Counted from the stretch's first letter, positions 10,458 to 25,202 are shown. The stretch: DNA of 64,000 bases from an uncultured Gemmatimonadales bacterium (GCA_963823035.1 CAWGKG010000004.1:1-64000), one strand, 5' to 3'. A program made the numbers and translations. Notes: generated by a model from the sequence alone, not told the origin.

Positions 10458-11530
10458 CGGCGGACCCTCGCCTGCTCGTCGAGGAGCGCGGCGATGCGAT
10501 CCACCGGGAGGATGTGATCCGCGAGGCCCGACTGCGGCGATGGCCGCCCGGCATGCCCCACACAACGCTGGTCGCCTGGTCCTGCACGACGACAAGCCCC
10601 TTCTGCTCCGGACACGGCGCGCGCGCCCTCCAGCCCGTCGTGCCCCATCCCGGTGAGCACGACGGCAGGTCATGGCGTCGCCGTAGACACGTTCGCCATC
10701 GAGCGGAAGAGGGGGTCGGCCGAGGGTCGGCAGAAGTTCTCGGGCTCGTCCTGGTTGAGGACGAGGACGACCCGATCGCCGCGGGCCTCCACCGACCATG
10801 TGGTGGTCGCCGGGTGCCACGTAGGTGTGTCCGGCGAGGACCTCCATGCCCGGAGGCGCCCTCGACGCAGGGGCGATGTCGTCACGCGCTGCAGGCGCTC
10901 GGCCAGCATGGTCGTGAAGAGGGGGGGCATGTGCTGGACGACGAGGATCGGGAGGGGGAAGGCGCGAGGGCAGCGCCGACAGGAGCGAGGTGAGGGCGCT
11001 GGGCCCGCCCGTGCTGGAGGTGATGCCGATCACCTCGGGCAGGGCGGCCCTCGGGGTCCGCGCCGCCCGCGGCCGGCCAGGCGGCGTTCGGGGTGGGTGC
11101 GGCAGGCGGGGGCGGCTCGAGCCGACCGCCGAGCGCACGGATCTTCCGGACGAGTTCGGCCCCGACCCGCTCCAGGGACCTGCGGTCCGAGGCCGAGGGC
11201 TTGCCGACGTAGTCCGCGGCGCCGAGCGACAGCGCCGCGATCGTGGCCTTGGCGCCGCTGTGCGTGAGCGACGAGGCCATGACGACGCGGATCTCGGGGC
11301 GGGCGGCGAGCAGACAGGGGGAGCGCCTCGAGGCCGTCCATCTCCGGCATCTCGACGTCGAGCACGACGACGTCCACCGGGCGACGGCGCACGACGTCTA
11401 CGGCGGTGCGGCCGTTGCCGGCCGAGGCCACCACGCGCATGTCGGGCTCGGCGTCGAGGATGCGCGCCCAGAAGCCGCGAGCGATGGCCGAGTCGTCGAC
11501 CACCAGGATGCGGAGGTTCTGCGACGTCAT
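10454..11530 (-). CDS. cheB: Chemotaxis methylesterase CheB (frameshifted)
   Basis: Receiver ILVVDDSAIAR...LDVEMPEMDG; catalytic fragments SSTGGP, HMPPLFT, ENFCRPSADPLF, LTGMGHDG, QDQATSVVWGMP. Confidence 0.88.
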
Positions 11531-11914
11531 GCCGGGATCCCGACGGCGGCGAGCTTTTCGCCTCGACTGGATGACCCCTGGAATGAACGTACGGATGAAG
11601 GCGAGTCGTCGGCGATCAGGATGGCGTTCACGGTCGTCGCACATGACGGATCGGCGGCAAGCGAGCGAGGGCCCGTGGGCCTCGCGTCGGCACGGCTTCA
11701 TCGAGGAGTGTAGGCCGCGCCTCTCCGGACATGCTCGACGTCCGAGGAGATCATGTCCGGGACGGCACATGGGCCTCGCAGCGTGGGCGTAGGACCTCCG
11801 ACAGCCGTCGCCGGCCTACCTCGACGGACGAAGCCCATCGAGCTCGATGATGCGGCGTGATGGCCTTACGGGTGACACGGGCGACATCGTCGCACGATCG
11901 AGAATGGTCTTCAC
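11527..11914 (-). CDS. cheY: CheY-like response regulator, heavily garbled by indels
   Basis: Reading across indels gives MKTILIVDD..RVTRKAI.RIIE...PDMI.LDV.M...IVMCTTVN...KLAAVGIPA*. Its TGA overlaps the cheB ATG. Confidence 0.55.
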
Positions 11915-12031
11915 GGCGTCATCTCCACGGGACGCTCCTCACCGTAGCGACGGCTAGCTTGCGGGCGCGCGCCAGAATCGGGGCCGACGGCTCCGCAACC
12001 GAGCTGTATTACTCGGACAGGCTCCAGCCGC

Positions 12032-12059
12032 TCAAGTCCCGCCGCGGGTGAGCCGATAC
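12032..12059 (+). promoter_or_regulatory. sigma28 (FliA) promoter
   Basis: TCAA-N16-GCCGATAC upstream of the PAS kinase-like gene. Confidence 0.7.
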
Positions 12060-12131
12060 TTACCGACGGGCCCGGGCTCCCGGTCGTGATGCGGCCGATT
12101 CCTCGAGCGCGGGCGTCTCGCCGGAGCGCCC

Positions 12132-13957
12132 ATGTCCTATTCCGACGTCGCGCAGGTTCTGTTCGAGCGCGGTCCTGAAGCCGTTCTGCTTCTCGACCGC
12201 AACGGAGCCGTGCGCGACCTCAATCGGGAAGCGCTCAAACTGCTCGCCGTGGAGCGGGAGCGGATCGTGGGACGGCCCGTCCTCGGTGCGGTGGTCCCGA
12301 AGGACCGGGAGCGGGTGAAGGACCTCTTCCTGCGCGTGCTCCGCGGCCAGGAGCGGGAGTGGATCAACAGCTTCCGGCGCGGCGACGGGGTGACCCGCGT
12401 GCAGCGCATCCGAGCCGTGCCCGTGCAGCGGGAAGGGATCACGCAGAGCATCGTCATCTTCACGCGCGACGTCACCGAGTCGCGGTCGGGCCGGCCCGAG
12501 ACGATCCAGCTCCAGACGCTCCTGGAGAACCTCCCGGGACAGTTCGTGGTCGTGCTCGACGCCGTCGGGAAGATCCGATACTCCTCGGGGCTCTCGCGCA
12601 CGCACTTCAGGAACGACGCGGACGCGCTCGGCCAGAGCTACGAGAGCCTCCTCGAACCCGGTGAGGAGAACGAGCGGCTGTGCGCCCAGATGCGCGCCGA
12701 GACCGCGGAAGGACGCGACTGGGCCGGGACGCACTGGCATCGACGGGTGGACGGCAAGTCCTTTCCCACCAGGGTCTTCGCGTCTCCCTACCAGGATCCG
12801 TACCGGGGGCGCATCGTGGGCGCGCTCCTGGTCGGGCGGGACGTGGGCGTCGAGCACGACTGGCGCGACCGCGCGCAGCGGGCGCAGCACCTCGCGGAGG
12901 TGGGCGAGGTCGTTGCGGGGGCGGCGGACAGGCTCACGGACGCGGTCGCGCGGATCGACACGGCGCTTGGTCACGGGGTGCCGGGGGACGACCCTTGGCC
13001 GGGTACTCCGTGCCCGCCGAGCTGGGCCGCGCGCGGCGCCTCGTGACGTCGCTGCGGGAGTTCGCCCAGGACGTGGAGCCGCGGCTGGAGCGCATCGCCC
13101 TCCCTGAGGAGGTCGGACGAGCCGTCGAGGAGCTCCGCCCCTGGCTCGACGAGCAAGGCGTCCAGGTCTCGCTGGAGGCGAACGAGCGACTCGGCACCGT
13201 GCTGGCGGATCCACGCCAGCTCCGCCGCGTGATCGACATCCTCCTGCGCAACGCCGCCGAATCGCGCGCCGGGGGCTCGGACGCGATCCGCGTGGACATC
13301 ACCTTCGGCGCGACCGCCCGAACCGCGTACGTCCGGTTGGCGGACACCGGAGCGGGGGTGGGGGGTGACGCCCTGCACAGGATCTTCGAGCCCTTCTTCA
13401 CCACCCGGGAGGGGCACGCGGGGTTGGGGCTGAGCCTCGTGCGCTCCATCGCCCTCGCCCACGGGGGATCGGTGCGAGCCGAAGCCCGGGAGGACGGCCC
13501 CGGCACCGTGGTGACGCTCGAGATCCCGTTCGAGGCCGCCGGCTCGACCCTGCGGTTCCGCCCGGTCGCGATCGAGCTCGGGCGGACGCGCACCGTGCTG
13601 GTGGTCGACGACGAGGAGGCGGTTCGGGTCTCGATCCGGAGGTTCCTCGAGAAGGTCGGCTTCGAGGTGCGGGAGGCGTGGAGCGGCCGGAGCGCGCTCG
13701 CCCAGATCACGGTCGGGCGGCCGCCGGAGCTGATCCTGACCGACCTGAACATGCTGGACGGCAACGGAGCGTGGTTCCTCGACCAGCTGTCCCGCGACTT
13801 CCCGGACCTGCTGCGCCACACGGTGATCGTCACCGGCAATACGGCCCAGGAGGAGATCCGCAGCCTCACACGCGAGACCGGCTGCCCGGTCATGATCAAG
13901 CCGCTCGATCTCTCCCAGCTGCTCGACGTTCTCGACGAGGTCGCCGTCCGCGGCTGA
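12132..13957 (+). CDS. PAS-PAS hybrid kinase-like protein lacking the H-box His (frameshift ~13000)
   Basis: Two PAS domains, HATPase ([25 protein letters not shown]) and receiver (LILTDLNM). H-box region reads VAGAADRL. Confidence 0.8.
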
Positions 13958-13970
13958 AGCGCGGCGCCGC

Positions 13971-13998
13971 TCAAGTCGGGAGCGCGCCCTGCCGATTC
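13971..13998 (+). promoter_or_regulatory. sigma28 promoter
   Basis: TCAA-N16-GCCGATTC upstream of cheA. Confidence 0.7.
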
Positions 13999-14047
13999 TT
14001 CCTTCAGGAGCCGTGCGCCGTCGACTCCTACCTCGGAGTCCCCAGGA

Positions 14048-16904
<2,857 letters not shown>

Positions 16905-16908
<4 letters not shown>

Positions 16909-17376
16909 GCAGGCGGGAAGCACGGCGAGTCCGAGACCCTGCGGGAGCACGGCTTCGTGACGTTCCGGCTGGATCGCCAGTGGCTCGGGTTGCCCGTGGT
17001 GCTCATCCAGGAGGTGCTGTCGGACAGACGATCTGCCCGGTGCCCCTGTCGCCTCCCGAGGTCCAGGGATTCCTCAACCTCCGCGGCCAGATCGTGACGG
17101 CGCTCGACCTGCGCGCCGTCCTCGGGCTTCCCCCGGGCGGAGGACGGCTCGTTCATGAACGTCGTCGTGCAGCACGAGGACGAGCTGTACTCGCTGATCG
17201 TGGACGAGGTGGGTGACGTGCTCGAGGTGGGCGCCGACGAGGTGCAGCCGCCGCCGCGCACGCTGGACGCCGTCTGGCGCTCCTGCAGCCAGGGCGTCGT
17301 ACGCATGGAGAGCGGCCTCCTGGTCGTGCTCGACGTACGCGCCGCGCTGAACGGCGGCGCGTCGAAAGCGGCCTAA
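16905..17376 (+). CDS. cheW: CheW (frameshifted)
   Basis: [55 protein letters not shown]. Confidence 0.88.
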
Positions 17377-17401
17377 AGTCGCTGGAGCGTGACGCCGATA
17401 A
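17374..17401 (+). promoter_or_regulatory. sigma28 promoter, consensus match
   Basis: TAAA-N16-GCCGATAA; the TAA doubles as the cheW stop codon. Confidence 0.85.
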
Positions 17402-17495
17402 TCAAGTTGCAACGCCGAGGAGCGCGGGCGGTCGGGCGGACATCCGCCGGGGGGACCGGATCGGGCGACTCACGATCCCAAAAGGAGAACGAACG

Positions 17496-17883
17496 ATGTC
17501 GAGGATTGCCGGATTCATCGCCGCCGCCGTGGTCTGCCTGATGCTCGTCGCCCCAGGGTGCCGCGGCCCAGGCGTACAGCCCCGATCAGCTCTCCGAGAT
17601 GCCGAAGGTGAAGTCCGCCAGCCAGGCGCAGCAGGCCATCGCGCGTGCCTATCCCGTACAGATGGCGGAAGCCGGCGTGGGCGGCAAGGTGCAGGTCCGC
17701 TTCGTGGTGAGGGCCGACGGCTCGGTCGACGCGAGCAGCGTCGAGGTCGTGGCTGCGAGCATGAAGGCGCTCGGTGATGCCGCCGCGGACGCCGTCTGCA
17801 AGATCGAGTTCGTGCCGGGCAAGAAGGACGGGGCCGCAGTCGACGCGATCGTCATGATGCCGATCAGCTTCGGCAAGTCCTGA
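17496..17883 (+). CDS. Small exported TonB C-terminal-domain protein (frameshift ~17560)
   Basis: AAGGAG RBS and signal peptide MSRIAGFIAAAVVCLML, then YP..MAEAGVGGKVQVRFVVRADGSV...FVPGKKDGAAV...MPISF. Confidence 0.75.
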
Positions 17884-17927
17884 CCTGATCGAGCCGCCCT
17901 CCCGAACCACGCTACGAGGAAGCCATC

Positions 17928-20241
17928 ATGTCGCTGCGGAACTTCTTCGCGGGCCTGAGGGGCAGGCTGCTCCTGGCGAGCCTGGCCATGGCCGTCATCC
18001 CGCTCGGGGCCGCCACCGGGCTGGCCGTCCGGTCGGCGCGACAGGCGATGGAGCGGCGGATCGGCTCCGACCGGGCGCGCGCGGCCGAGCAGATCGCGGG
18101 GTCGGTGGACCGGCTGCTGCTGGACCGGATGATCGAGGTCCGCAACGTCGGCGCGAACGCCGAGCTGGTGGCGGCCGCCCTGGGCGTCGGTGATGAGGAG
18201 GCCACGCGCGCGTCCTCCCGGGGCTGATCGAGGACGGACACCTCGCGCTGCGGGCGGCTGTCTACGACGCGAGCGGCCAGCTTGTGGGCTTCGTGACCGC
18301 CGTGAAGGCGCACGCCCCCGGGCGCGGCCGCGGGAGCCGAGTGGTTCCAGCACGCCCTCCCTGCGGACGCTCCGACCTTCGTGGGCGCGCCGCTCGCGGG
18401 CGGACGGTACGCTTGCCGTGCGGCTCGCGGACGGCATCCGGTCGCAGGCCGGCGAGCGCATGGGCGTCGTGGAGGTGCAGCTCGACTGGAGCAAGGTGTC
18501 GGACGTGGCGTTCGCCGAGGTGGCGAAGGGCTACCAGCGGACGGAGCCGGCACGCTCGACGTGTTCATCGTGGACGGCGGACGGCCTCGTCATGGCCGAC
18601 ATGGACGAGGCGCTCATCCTGAAGGAGTCGATCGCGGGCACCGACCGCCGACCGCCATCCGGGACGCACCGATCGGGTACCGGATCGAGGAGATCCTCGG
18701 TCGGGAGGACCTGGTCGCCTTCGCGCCCGTCCACGGGATCGAGAGCGCGGAGTACGGGCGCTTCCTGGACGGCGAGGCCGGGGTCGTCATCACGCAGGAG
18801 GTCAGCGAGGCCTTCGCCGAGGTCACGGCGCTCCGCAACTGGCTGACCGTGGTGGCCATCGTGGCGGCGGCCTGGTCACGCTCGCGCGTTCTACTTCTCG
18901 GGGCGCATCGCCCGCCCGATCGTGGAGGCCACCGAGGCGGCCGAGCGGCTGGCCGTCGGCGACACGGACTTCGAGGTCGACATGGGCGGGGGCTCCGACG
19001 AGCTGGCGCGCCTGTCGGCGTCGCTCGGGAAGCTCTCGCACTTCATGCGCGAACTGACGGTCTCGGCGGAGAAGGTCGCCGCCGGGGACATGCACATCGA
19101 GCTCGAGGCCAAGAGCGAGAAGGACAAGCTGTCCCGCGCCTTCCTGACGGTCGCCGACGTGAACGCCCGTCTCGAGGAGGAACTCACCCGGCTGGCGCAG
19201 CACGCCCGCGACGGAAACCTGACCAAGCGCGGCCGCACGGACCGTTTCCAGGGGGCGTACGCCGAGATCGTCGATGGCATCAACGCGATGCTCGACGAGA
19301 TCCTGGCGCCCATCCAGGAGGGCAACGCGATCATCGCCCGCATCGCGGGCGGCGACTTCCGGACGCAGGCCACCGGGAATACAAGGGCGACCACGCGGTC
19401 CTGCACCGGAACCTCGAGGAGACGACGCGGAACCTGCGCGAGACGCTGGCCCGCATCCGCGAGGCTTCGCACACCGTCTCGTCGTCGTCGTCGCAGCTCC
19501 GGTCCGCGAGCGACGCGGTGGCCGGCGCGGCGGACTCCACCACCTCGCAGGCCGACGTCGTGAGCGCGGCGTCCGACGAGGCGAACAACAACGTTCAGCT
19601 CGTCGCGACCGCCGCCGAGGAGATGACCTCGAGCATCCGGGAGATCTCCGCTCAGCTCCAGCAGGCGCTGCAGGTGACCGCCAAGGCCACGCGGACGCCG
19701 AGGAGACGGTGTCGGTCATGGACGAGCTCGGCGTCTCGTCGCAGGAGATCGGCGAGGTGGTGAAGGTCATCACCAACATCGCCGAGCAGACCAACCTCCT
19801 GGCGCTCAACGCCACCATCGAGGCGGCGCGGGCCGGCGAGGCGGGCAAGGGCTTCGCCGTGGTGGCCAACGAGGTGAAGCAGCTGGCCTCGCAGACCGCC
19901 AAGGCCACCGAGGAGATCGCCGAGAAGATCCGCGGCGTGCAGGACCGCACCACGGGGCGGTGTCGGGCATCCGCAGCATCGCCGAGGTCATCGAGCAGAT
20001 CAACTCGATCTCGACCAGCATCGCCGGCGCGGTGGAGCAGCAGAACGCCGCCATCGGCGAGATCGCGCGCAGCGCCGCCGAGGCGAGCCGCAGCACCGAG
20101 ATGGTGTCGCGGAGCATGGGCGAGGTGTCGGGGGCCGCCGTCGGCACCGCGGGCGGCGCCGAGCAGGTGCGCTCCTCGGCCGGCGAGCTGGCGGGCGTGG
20201 CCGGGGAGCTCGAGGAGCTGGTGGGGGCCTTCGCCATCTAG
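17928..20241 (+). CDS. Methyl-accepting chemotaxis protein (Cache-like sensor, HAMP domains); frameshifted
   Basis: TM-periplasmic-TM-HAMP layout; [34 protein letters not shown]. Confidence 0.92.
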
Positions 20242-20446
20242 AAAGACGATTCGGCCCCCCCCAGGGGCCCAAGGGCCGGTCCGCGGTGCTGCGGGCCGGT
20301 CCACTTCGTTTTTCCCCCCGGAGACGCCCCCCGGGGTCGCGCGGCGCCCTTGCTGCCCGCCCTGCCTTCCTCTACCCTGCGCGCGCCCATGAGGCAGGGC
20401 CGGAGCCCGCCCCGCCGACCCGAGATCGCGCCAGGGGGGGCGGGCG

Positions 20447-21183
20447 ATGCAGGTCGACACGCTGGACCAGGTGCTGGGCGCTGGACGCGATCGTGGAGCG
20501 ATGCTGCCGGAGCAGAGCGCCGCCGGCTACTTTGCCGCGCTCTACCGGCAGGTCACGCGCGACGTGCGCGACGCGGTCGCCGAGGGCCATTTCGACGACC
20601 CCGCGCGCATGGAGCGGCTCGACGTCGTGTTCGCCGGCGGTACCTGGCGCCGTCGAGGACTCCGGGCGGGGCGGGGCCCACGGCGTCGTGGGAGGTCGCG
20701 ATGCGGGCCGCCGGCGCGTGGTGGCCGATGGTGCTGCAGCACCTGCTGCTGGGGATGAACGCCCACATCAACCTGGACCTCGGGATCGCGGCGGCCGAGG
20801 TGGCCCCGGGCGCGGCGCTGGCCGGGCTGGAGGCGGACTTCGGCCGCATCAACGCGATCCTGGCGGCGCGCGTGGACGGGGTGGAGGAGGCGCTGGCGCG
20901 CATCTGGCCGCTGTTGCGCTGGCTGGACGTGGGCGCGGGCGGTGCGGACGAGGCCGTGGTCAACTTCTCCATCCGGCGGGCGCGCGAGTTCGCGTGGAAG
21001 GTGGCGCGGCGCCTCGCCGCGCTCGACGCCGCCGCACGGTGGAGATCGAGCGTCTGGACCGGCAGGTCGCGCTCATCGGGAGGCGTGCGGCACCCCGGGT
21101 GGTGGATCTCCACCAAGCTGCGCCTGGTCCGGCTCGGGGAGCGCGGCGACGTGCACGCCAAGATCGACATGCTCGGGACGTAG
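20447..21183 (+). CDS. DUF5995-like protein (frameshifted)
   Basis: GYFAALYRQVT...FDDPARMERLDVVFA and LQHLLLGMNAHINLDL. Confidence 0.7.
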
Positions 21184-21217
21184 CCTCCCCGGGGAGGCTG
21201 ACGCGGGGTACCCCGGC

Positions 21218-21688
21218 CTACCTGAGCTCGATGGGGTGGCGCACGCCCCAGGGCGAGTCGGCGATGATCACCTGGCGACCGTGCCGCGTCACGCAGGTTC
21301 AGGGCCAGCGGGCCCTGGAGGTTGGCCGTGGCCGACGCCTCCGGGGTGCGGGGCAGCGTCAGGATCGCGAGGACGAGGAGATCCTCGTGCGACTCGGGGA
21401 TCAGGAGCCCAGCTCGGGCTCGCCCAGCTCCACGGAGTAGTCCGGCACGAACTGGAAGGGGTCGACCAGGAGGAACGTCAGCGCCTCGAAGTCGGCGGAC
21501 TGGAGCCAGAACATCCCTCCGCGGCGCGCCGGGACGAGGGCGAAGTCCCGGGCCTCCGGAAAGCCCAGCAGGCCCTGCGCTCGAAGGCGAACATCTGGGT
21601 CTCCGGCACAGCCAGCACGCCCAGCAGTGTCGACTCGATCGTGCGTTCGCGCGTATCGGGGGTCACGAGAGCCGTCGCAGTGTTCATC
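21218..21688 (-). CDS. fliW: Flagellar assembly factor FliW (frameshifted)
   Basis: GLLGFPEARDF, FWLQSAD, FLLVDPFQFVPDY, ATANLQGPLALN, GRQVII. Confidence 0.85.
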
Positions 21689-22564
21689 TCAGGTAGTCGG
21701 ACAGGGTCAGGTCGAGGATCTTCGAGTTGGCCAGCATGGCCGCCTCGAGAGAGTTCTGGCGGTTCACCATCTTGGTCACCGCCTCCGTCATGTCGGCATC
21801 CTCGAGTCCCGGACCGGAACGTCTGGAGGTTGACCTCCAGCGACTCCAGGTTGGACACCGTGACGTCGAGCTGGTTCATCCGCGCGCCCAGGTCGCCCGT
21901 CAGGTCCTGGACCTCGTCGTAGGCGGAGTCCAGGCGCGTCATGGCGGTCTTGATGCCGGCCGTGTCGTTGGCGTTCAAGGCGTCGGCCAGGGCCTGGAGG
22001 GAGTCGACGGCGTCCGTGTCGACGAAGATCTCCTGGGCGGAGTGGTTCGTCTCCAGTAGGCGGTTCGCTCCCACCTCGACCTTGAACGCGCCCTGCGGGG
22101 GCTTGGCCGGGTCGAGCGCGCCGGCGACGTACGGGGGGCGTGTCCGCGTACGTGCCGCCGAAGACGTAGCTTCCGGCGAGCTGGGTGTTGGCCAGCCCCT
22201 TCACGAAGTCGACGAGCTGCGTCACCTCGGCGGCCGCGACGCCGCGCGTGGACGCGTCGGCCGTGCTGTGGCCTGGGAGACGGCCAGCTCCTTGGCCCGC
22301 TGCATGACGTCGGTGAGCTGGGTGAGCGTCGAATCCTCGACGTCGAGGCGGGACTGCGCCGACATCAGGTTGCGCTGGTACTGGTCGAGTGCCCGCAGGC
22401 CGCTCGACGGACTGCATCACGCCGGCCATCGCGACGGGGTCGTCGGAGGGCCGCGACACCCGGATGCCCGTGGTCGCCTGATGGCGGGCCTCGTCCAGCG
22501 CCCGCATCTGGGCCTGGATGCCCGTCACCGCCTCGCGGGCGACCATGCTGTTCGTGATTCTCAA
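21685..22564 (-). CDS. flgL: Hook-filament junction protein FlgL (frameshifted)
   Basis: TTG start: MRITNSM...TTGIRVSRPSDDPVA, YVFGG, GARMNQL; ends L.DYLR*. Confidence 0.87.
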
Positions 22565-22640
22565 GATATCTTGCCCCCTCGGGGGTTTCACCGCACCGGC
22601 TTCGCGTTGATGGCGCGGAGCGGTGAACGTACGATTACCA

Positions 22641-22668
22641 GTGTCGGCTCCCCCGCGGACGAACTTGA
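22641..22668 (-). promoter_or_regulatory. sigma28 promoter for flgL-fliW
   Basis: Minus strand reads TCAA-N16-GCCGACAC. Confidence 0.65.
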
Positions 22669-22680
22669 ATTCCGAGTGCC

Positions 22681-24056
22681 ATGGCGACGATCCTGTGCGT
22701 GGACGACGAGGCCGCCTCGCTCCTCATCCTGGAGGACGCGATCCAGACGGCCGGCCACCGAACCGTCGGGGTGCGCAACGTCCAGGCGGCCATGAACGTG
22801 CTGGGCCGCGGCGGCATCGACCTCGTCGTGTCCGACTACCGCATGCCCGAGGCCACCGGGCTGGAGTTCCTCGGCCAGCTCCAGGAGGAGGGCTCTGGAG
22901 GTGCCGCTCATCATGGTCACCGGCTACGGCTCCATCGAGCACGCCGTGGCGGCCATCAAGGCCGGGGCGATCGACTACATCACCAAGCCCATCCGGCCGC
23001 AGCAGCTCGAGCTGGCGGTGAACCAGGCGCTGGAGTTCAGCCGCCTGCGGCGGGAGAACGCCCAGCTGAAGGAGGAGGTGACCCAGTTCCGCTCCACCCG
23101 GGAGATCATCGGGGAGAGCGACGCGCTGCGCCGGATCCTGGAGACCGTGCAGGTGGTGGCGCCCACCCGGGCGGCCGTCCTCATCCAGGGCGAGTCGGGC
23201 ACCGGCAAGGAGCTCCTCGCGCGCACGGTCCACAACCTGAGCGACCGCAGGGACGGGCCCTTCATCTCCATCAACTGCGCGGCGCTGCCCGAGAACCTGG
23301 TGGAGAGCACGCTGTTCGGGCACGAGAAGGGCGCCTTCACCGGGGCGGTGAAGCAGGTGAAGGGCGCCTTCGAGCGGGCGCACGGCGGCACGCTGCTCCT
23401 GGACGAGGTCTCGGAGATGCGGCTCGACCTCCAGGCCAAGCTCCTGCGCGTGCTCCAGGAGCAGGAGTTCGAGCGCGTGGGCGGCACCGCGCCCGGTCAA
23501 GGTGGACGTGCGCATCGTGGCCACCACGAACCGCGACCTCGCCGAGCACGTGCAGGCCGGGGGGTTCCGCGAGGACCTCTACTACCGCCTGGCGGTGGTG
23601 CCCGTCCAGATCCCGCCGCTGCGGGAGCGGCTCGAGGACATCCCCCTCCTCGTGCAGCACTTCGCCGCCCGCACGCCGCGCGACCTGGGCCGACCCGTGC
23701 CCGGCATCACCCCCGAGTGCATCGACGTGCTCCAGGAGCACGCGTGGCCGGGCAACCTGCGCGAGCTGTCGCACGCGGTGGAGCGGGCGGTGATCCTCAC
23801 GCCGTCCGGGGAGCTCACGCCCGAGTCCTTCGACCGGCGGCGCTTCGGGCTGGCGCCGGCCGCGGTCGGGGGGCCCGAGCATCGGCAGGGGGCCGACGGC
23901 GGCCGACGAGGCAGTGGACACGCTCAACCTCTCCGAGATGGAGGCCATCCTGATCGAGCGGGCGCTCGACGCGACGGAGAACAACCGCACCCGCGCCGCC
24001 GAGCTCCTCGGCATCAGCGTCCGGACCCTCCGCAACAAGCTGAACAACCCGACTAG
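22681..24056 (+). CDS. sigma54-dependent response regulator (receiver-AAA+-Fis HTH), probable flagellar activator; frameshifted
   Basis: [59 protein letters not shown]. Confidence 0.92.
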
Positions 24057-24153
24057 CGGCCGTCGCGCCCGGGCGGCCCGCGCCGATCGCCGCCCGCCCT
24101 CGCGGCGCCTCCCGGCGGCGCCCCCTCGCCGTCCGCCACCCGGTCCCGCCCCC

Positions 24154-24370
24154 CGGCAGAAGTCTCCCCTTCCGCCCCGGAAGATCCTTCCGCTTCGTGG
24201 TGCCGCCCCGGGCGTGAGCCCGGGACGCCGACGGCGCATCCTCGCGATCGTCTCGACGCACACCAGCTTCATAAGTCCATATACGACAGCGTCTTAGACA
24301 AGATGGATTTGGTCGGTGCCGTCGCGGGAAGCCGCCGGCCGGCGCGTCCGGGAAGTGGAACGGCCCTTGC
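24154..24370 (+). promoter_or_regulatory. sigma54 promoter with enhancer pair and IHF-like site, upstream of flgB
   Basis: CGGAAGATCCTTCCG at 24178, AT-rich 25-mer at 24272-24296, TGGAACGGCCCTTGC at 24356-24370. Confidence 0.8.
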
Positions 24371-24419
24371 CCAAGGAGTGCCCGACGACATTCGCAGGAC
24401 GCAACCGGAGGTCGCGGAG

Positions 24420-24710
24420 ATGATCGCCAGGCTCGTTGGAACGGATACGACGGTGGCCCACCTCAAGGAGGAGCTCGGCGCCTCCTCCCGGGCCGTCCGT
24501 GGCATCGCCCATCGAGTCGCCAACGCCGGAAACCCCGATTTCGCCCAGGCGCTCGATCAGGCCCAGGCGACCGGCGCCCCTGGTGAAGGTCCCGTGGACC
24601 TCGAGAAGGAGATGGTTGCGCTGGCCGACGAGCAGCTCCGCTTCGAAACGACCGCGAGCCTGCTGCAGAAGGCCTACCAGCAGATCCGCTCCAGCATCAG
24701 GGAGCGATAG
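24420..24710 (+). CDS. flgB: Rod protein FlgB (short)
   Basis: IAHRVANA...[17 protein letters not shown]; located before flgC. Confidence 0.8.
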   Translation: MIARLVGTDTTVAHLKEELGASSRAVRGIAHRVANAGNPDFAQALDQAQATGAPGEGPVDLEKEMVALADEQLRFETTASLLQKAYQQIRSSIRER

Positions 24711-24718
24711 GAGAATCC

Positions 24719-25189
24719 ATGAGTGGAGGGGGCTTTCCCATCGGACCGGCGGCGTGATCCGCCAGCCGATGCGCAGCCTGGGGATCGCGGCAAGCGGTCT
24801 CTCGGCGCAGCGCGCTCGCCTGGACGCCATCTCGGCGAACATCGCCAATGCCGAGACGACGCGGGGAGTGGACGGGACCCCGTACCGGCGCAAGGTCGTG
24901 CGCCTCCAGGAGGTGGCCTACCAGCCCACGGACGGACGTGGCCGTGCCCGCGGACCCGGACGGGTTCGGCGGCGTGCGCGTCGCCGGCGTGGAGGAAGAC
25001 ACCACCGCGGGGCCTGCGGTCTACGACCCGGGCCACCCGGACGCCGACGAGAACGGCTACGTACGCATGCCCAACGTGGACATCAACACCGAGATCGTGG
25101 ACCTGATGGAGACGCGGCGCCTGTTCGAGGCCAACGCGAGCGTCTTCCAGGCGATCAAGCAGATGCTCCACCGCTCCACGCAGCTCTGA
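24719..25189 (+). CDS. flgC: Rod protein FlgC (frameshifted)
   Basis: [49 protein letters not shown]. Confidence 0.92.
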
Positions 25190-25202
25190 GGGAGGCCGAT
25201 CG

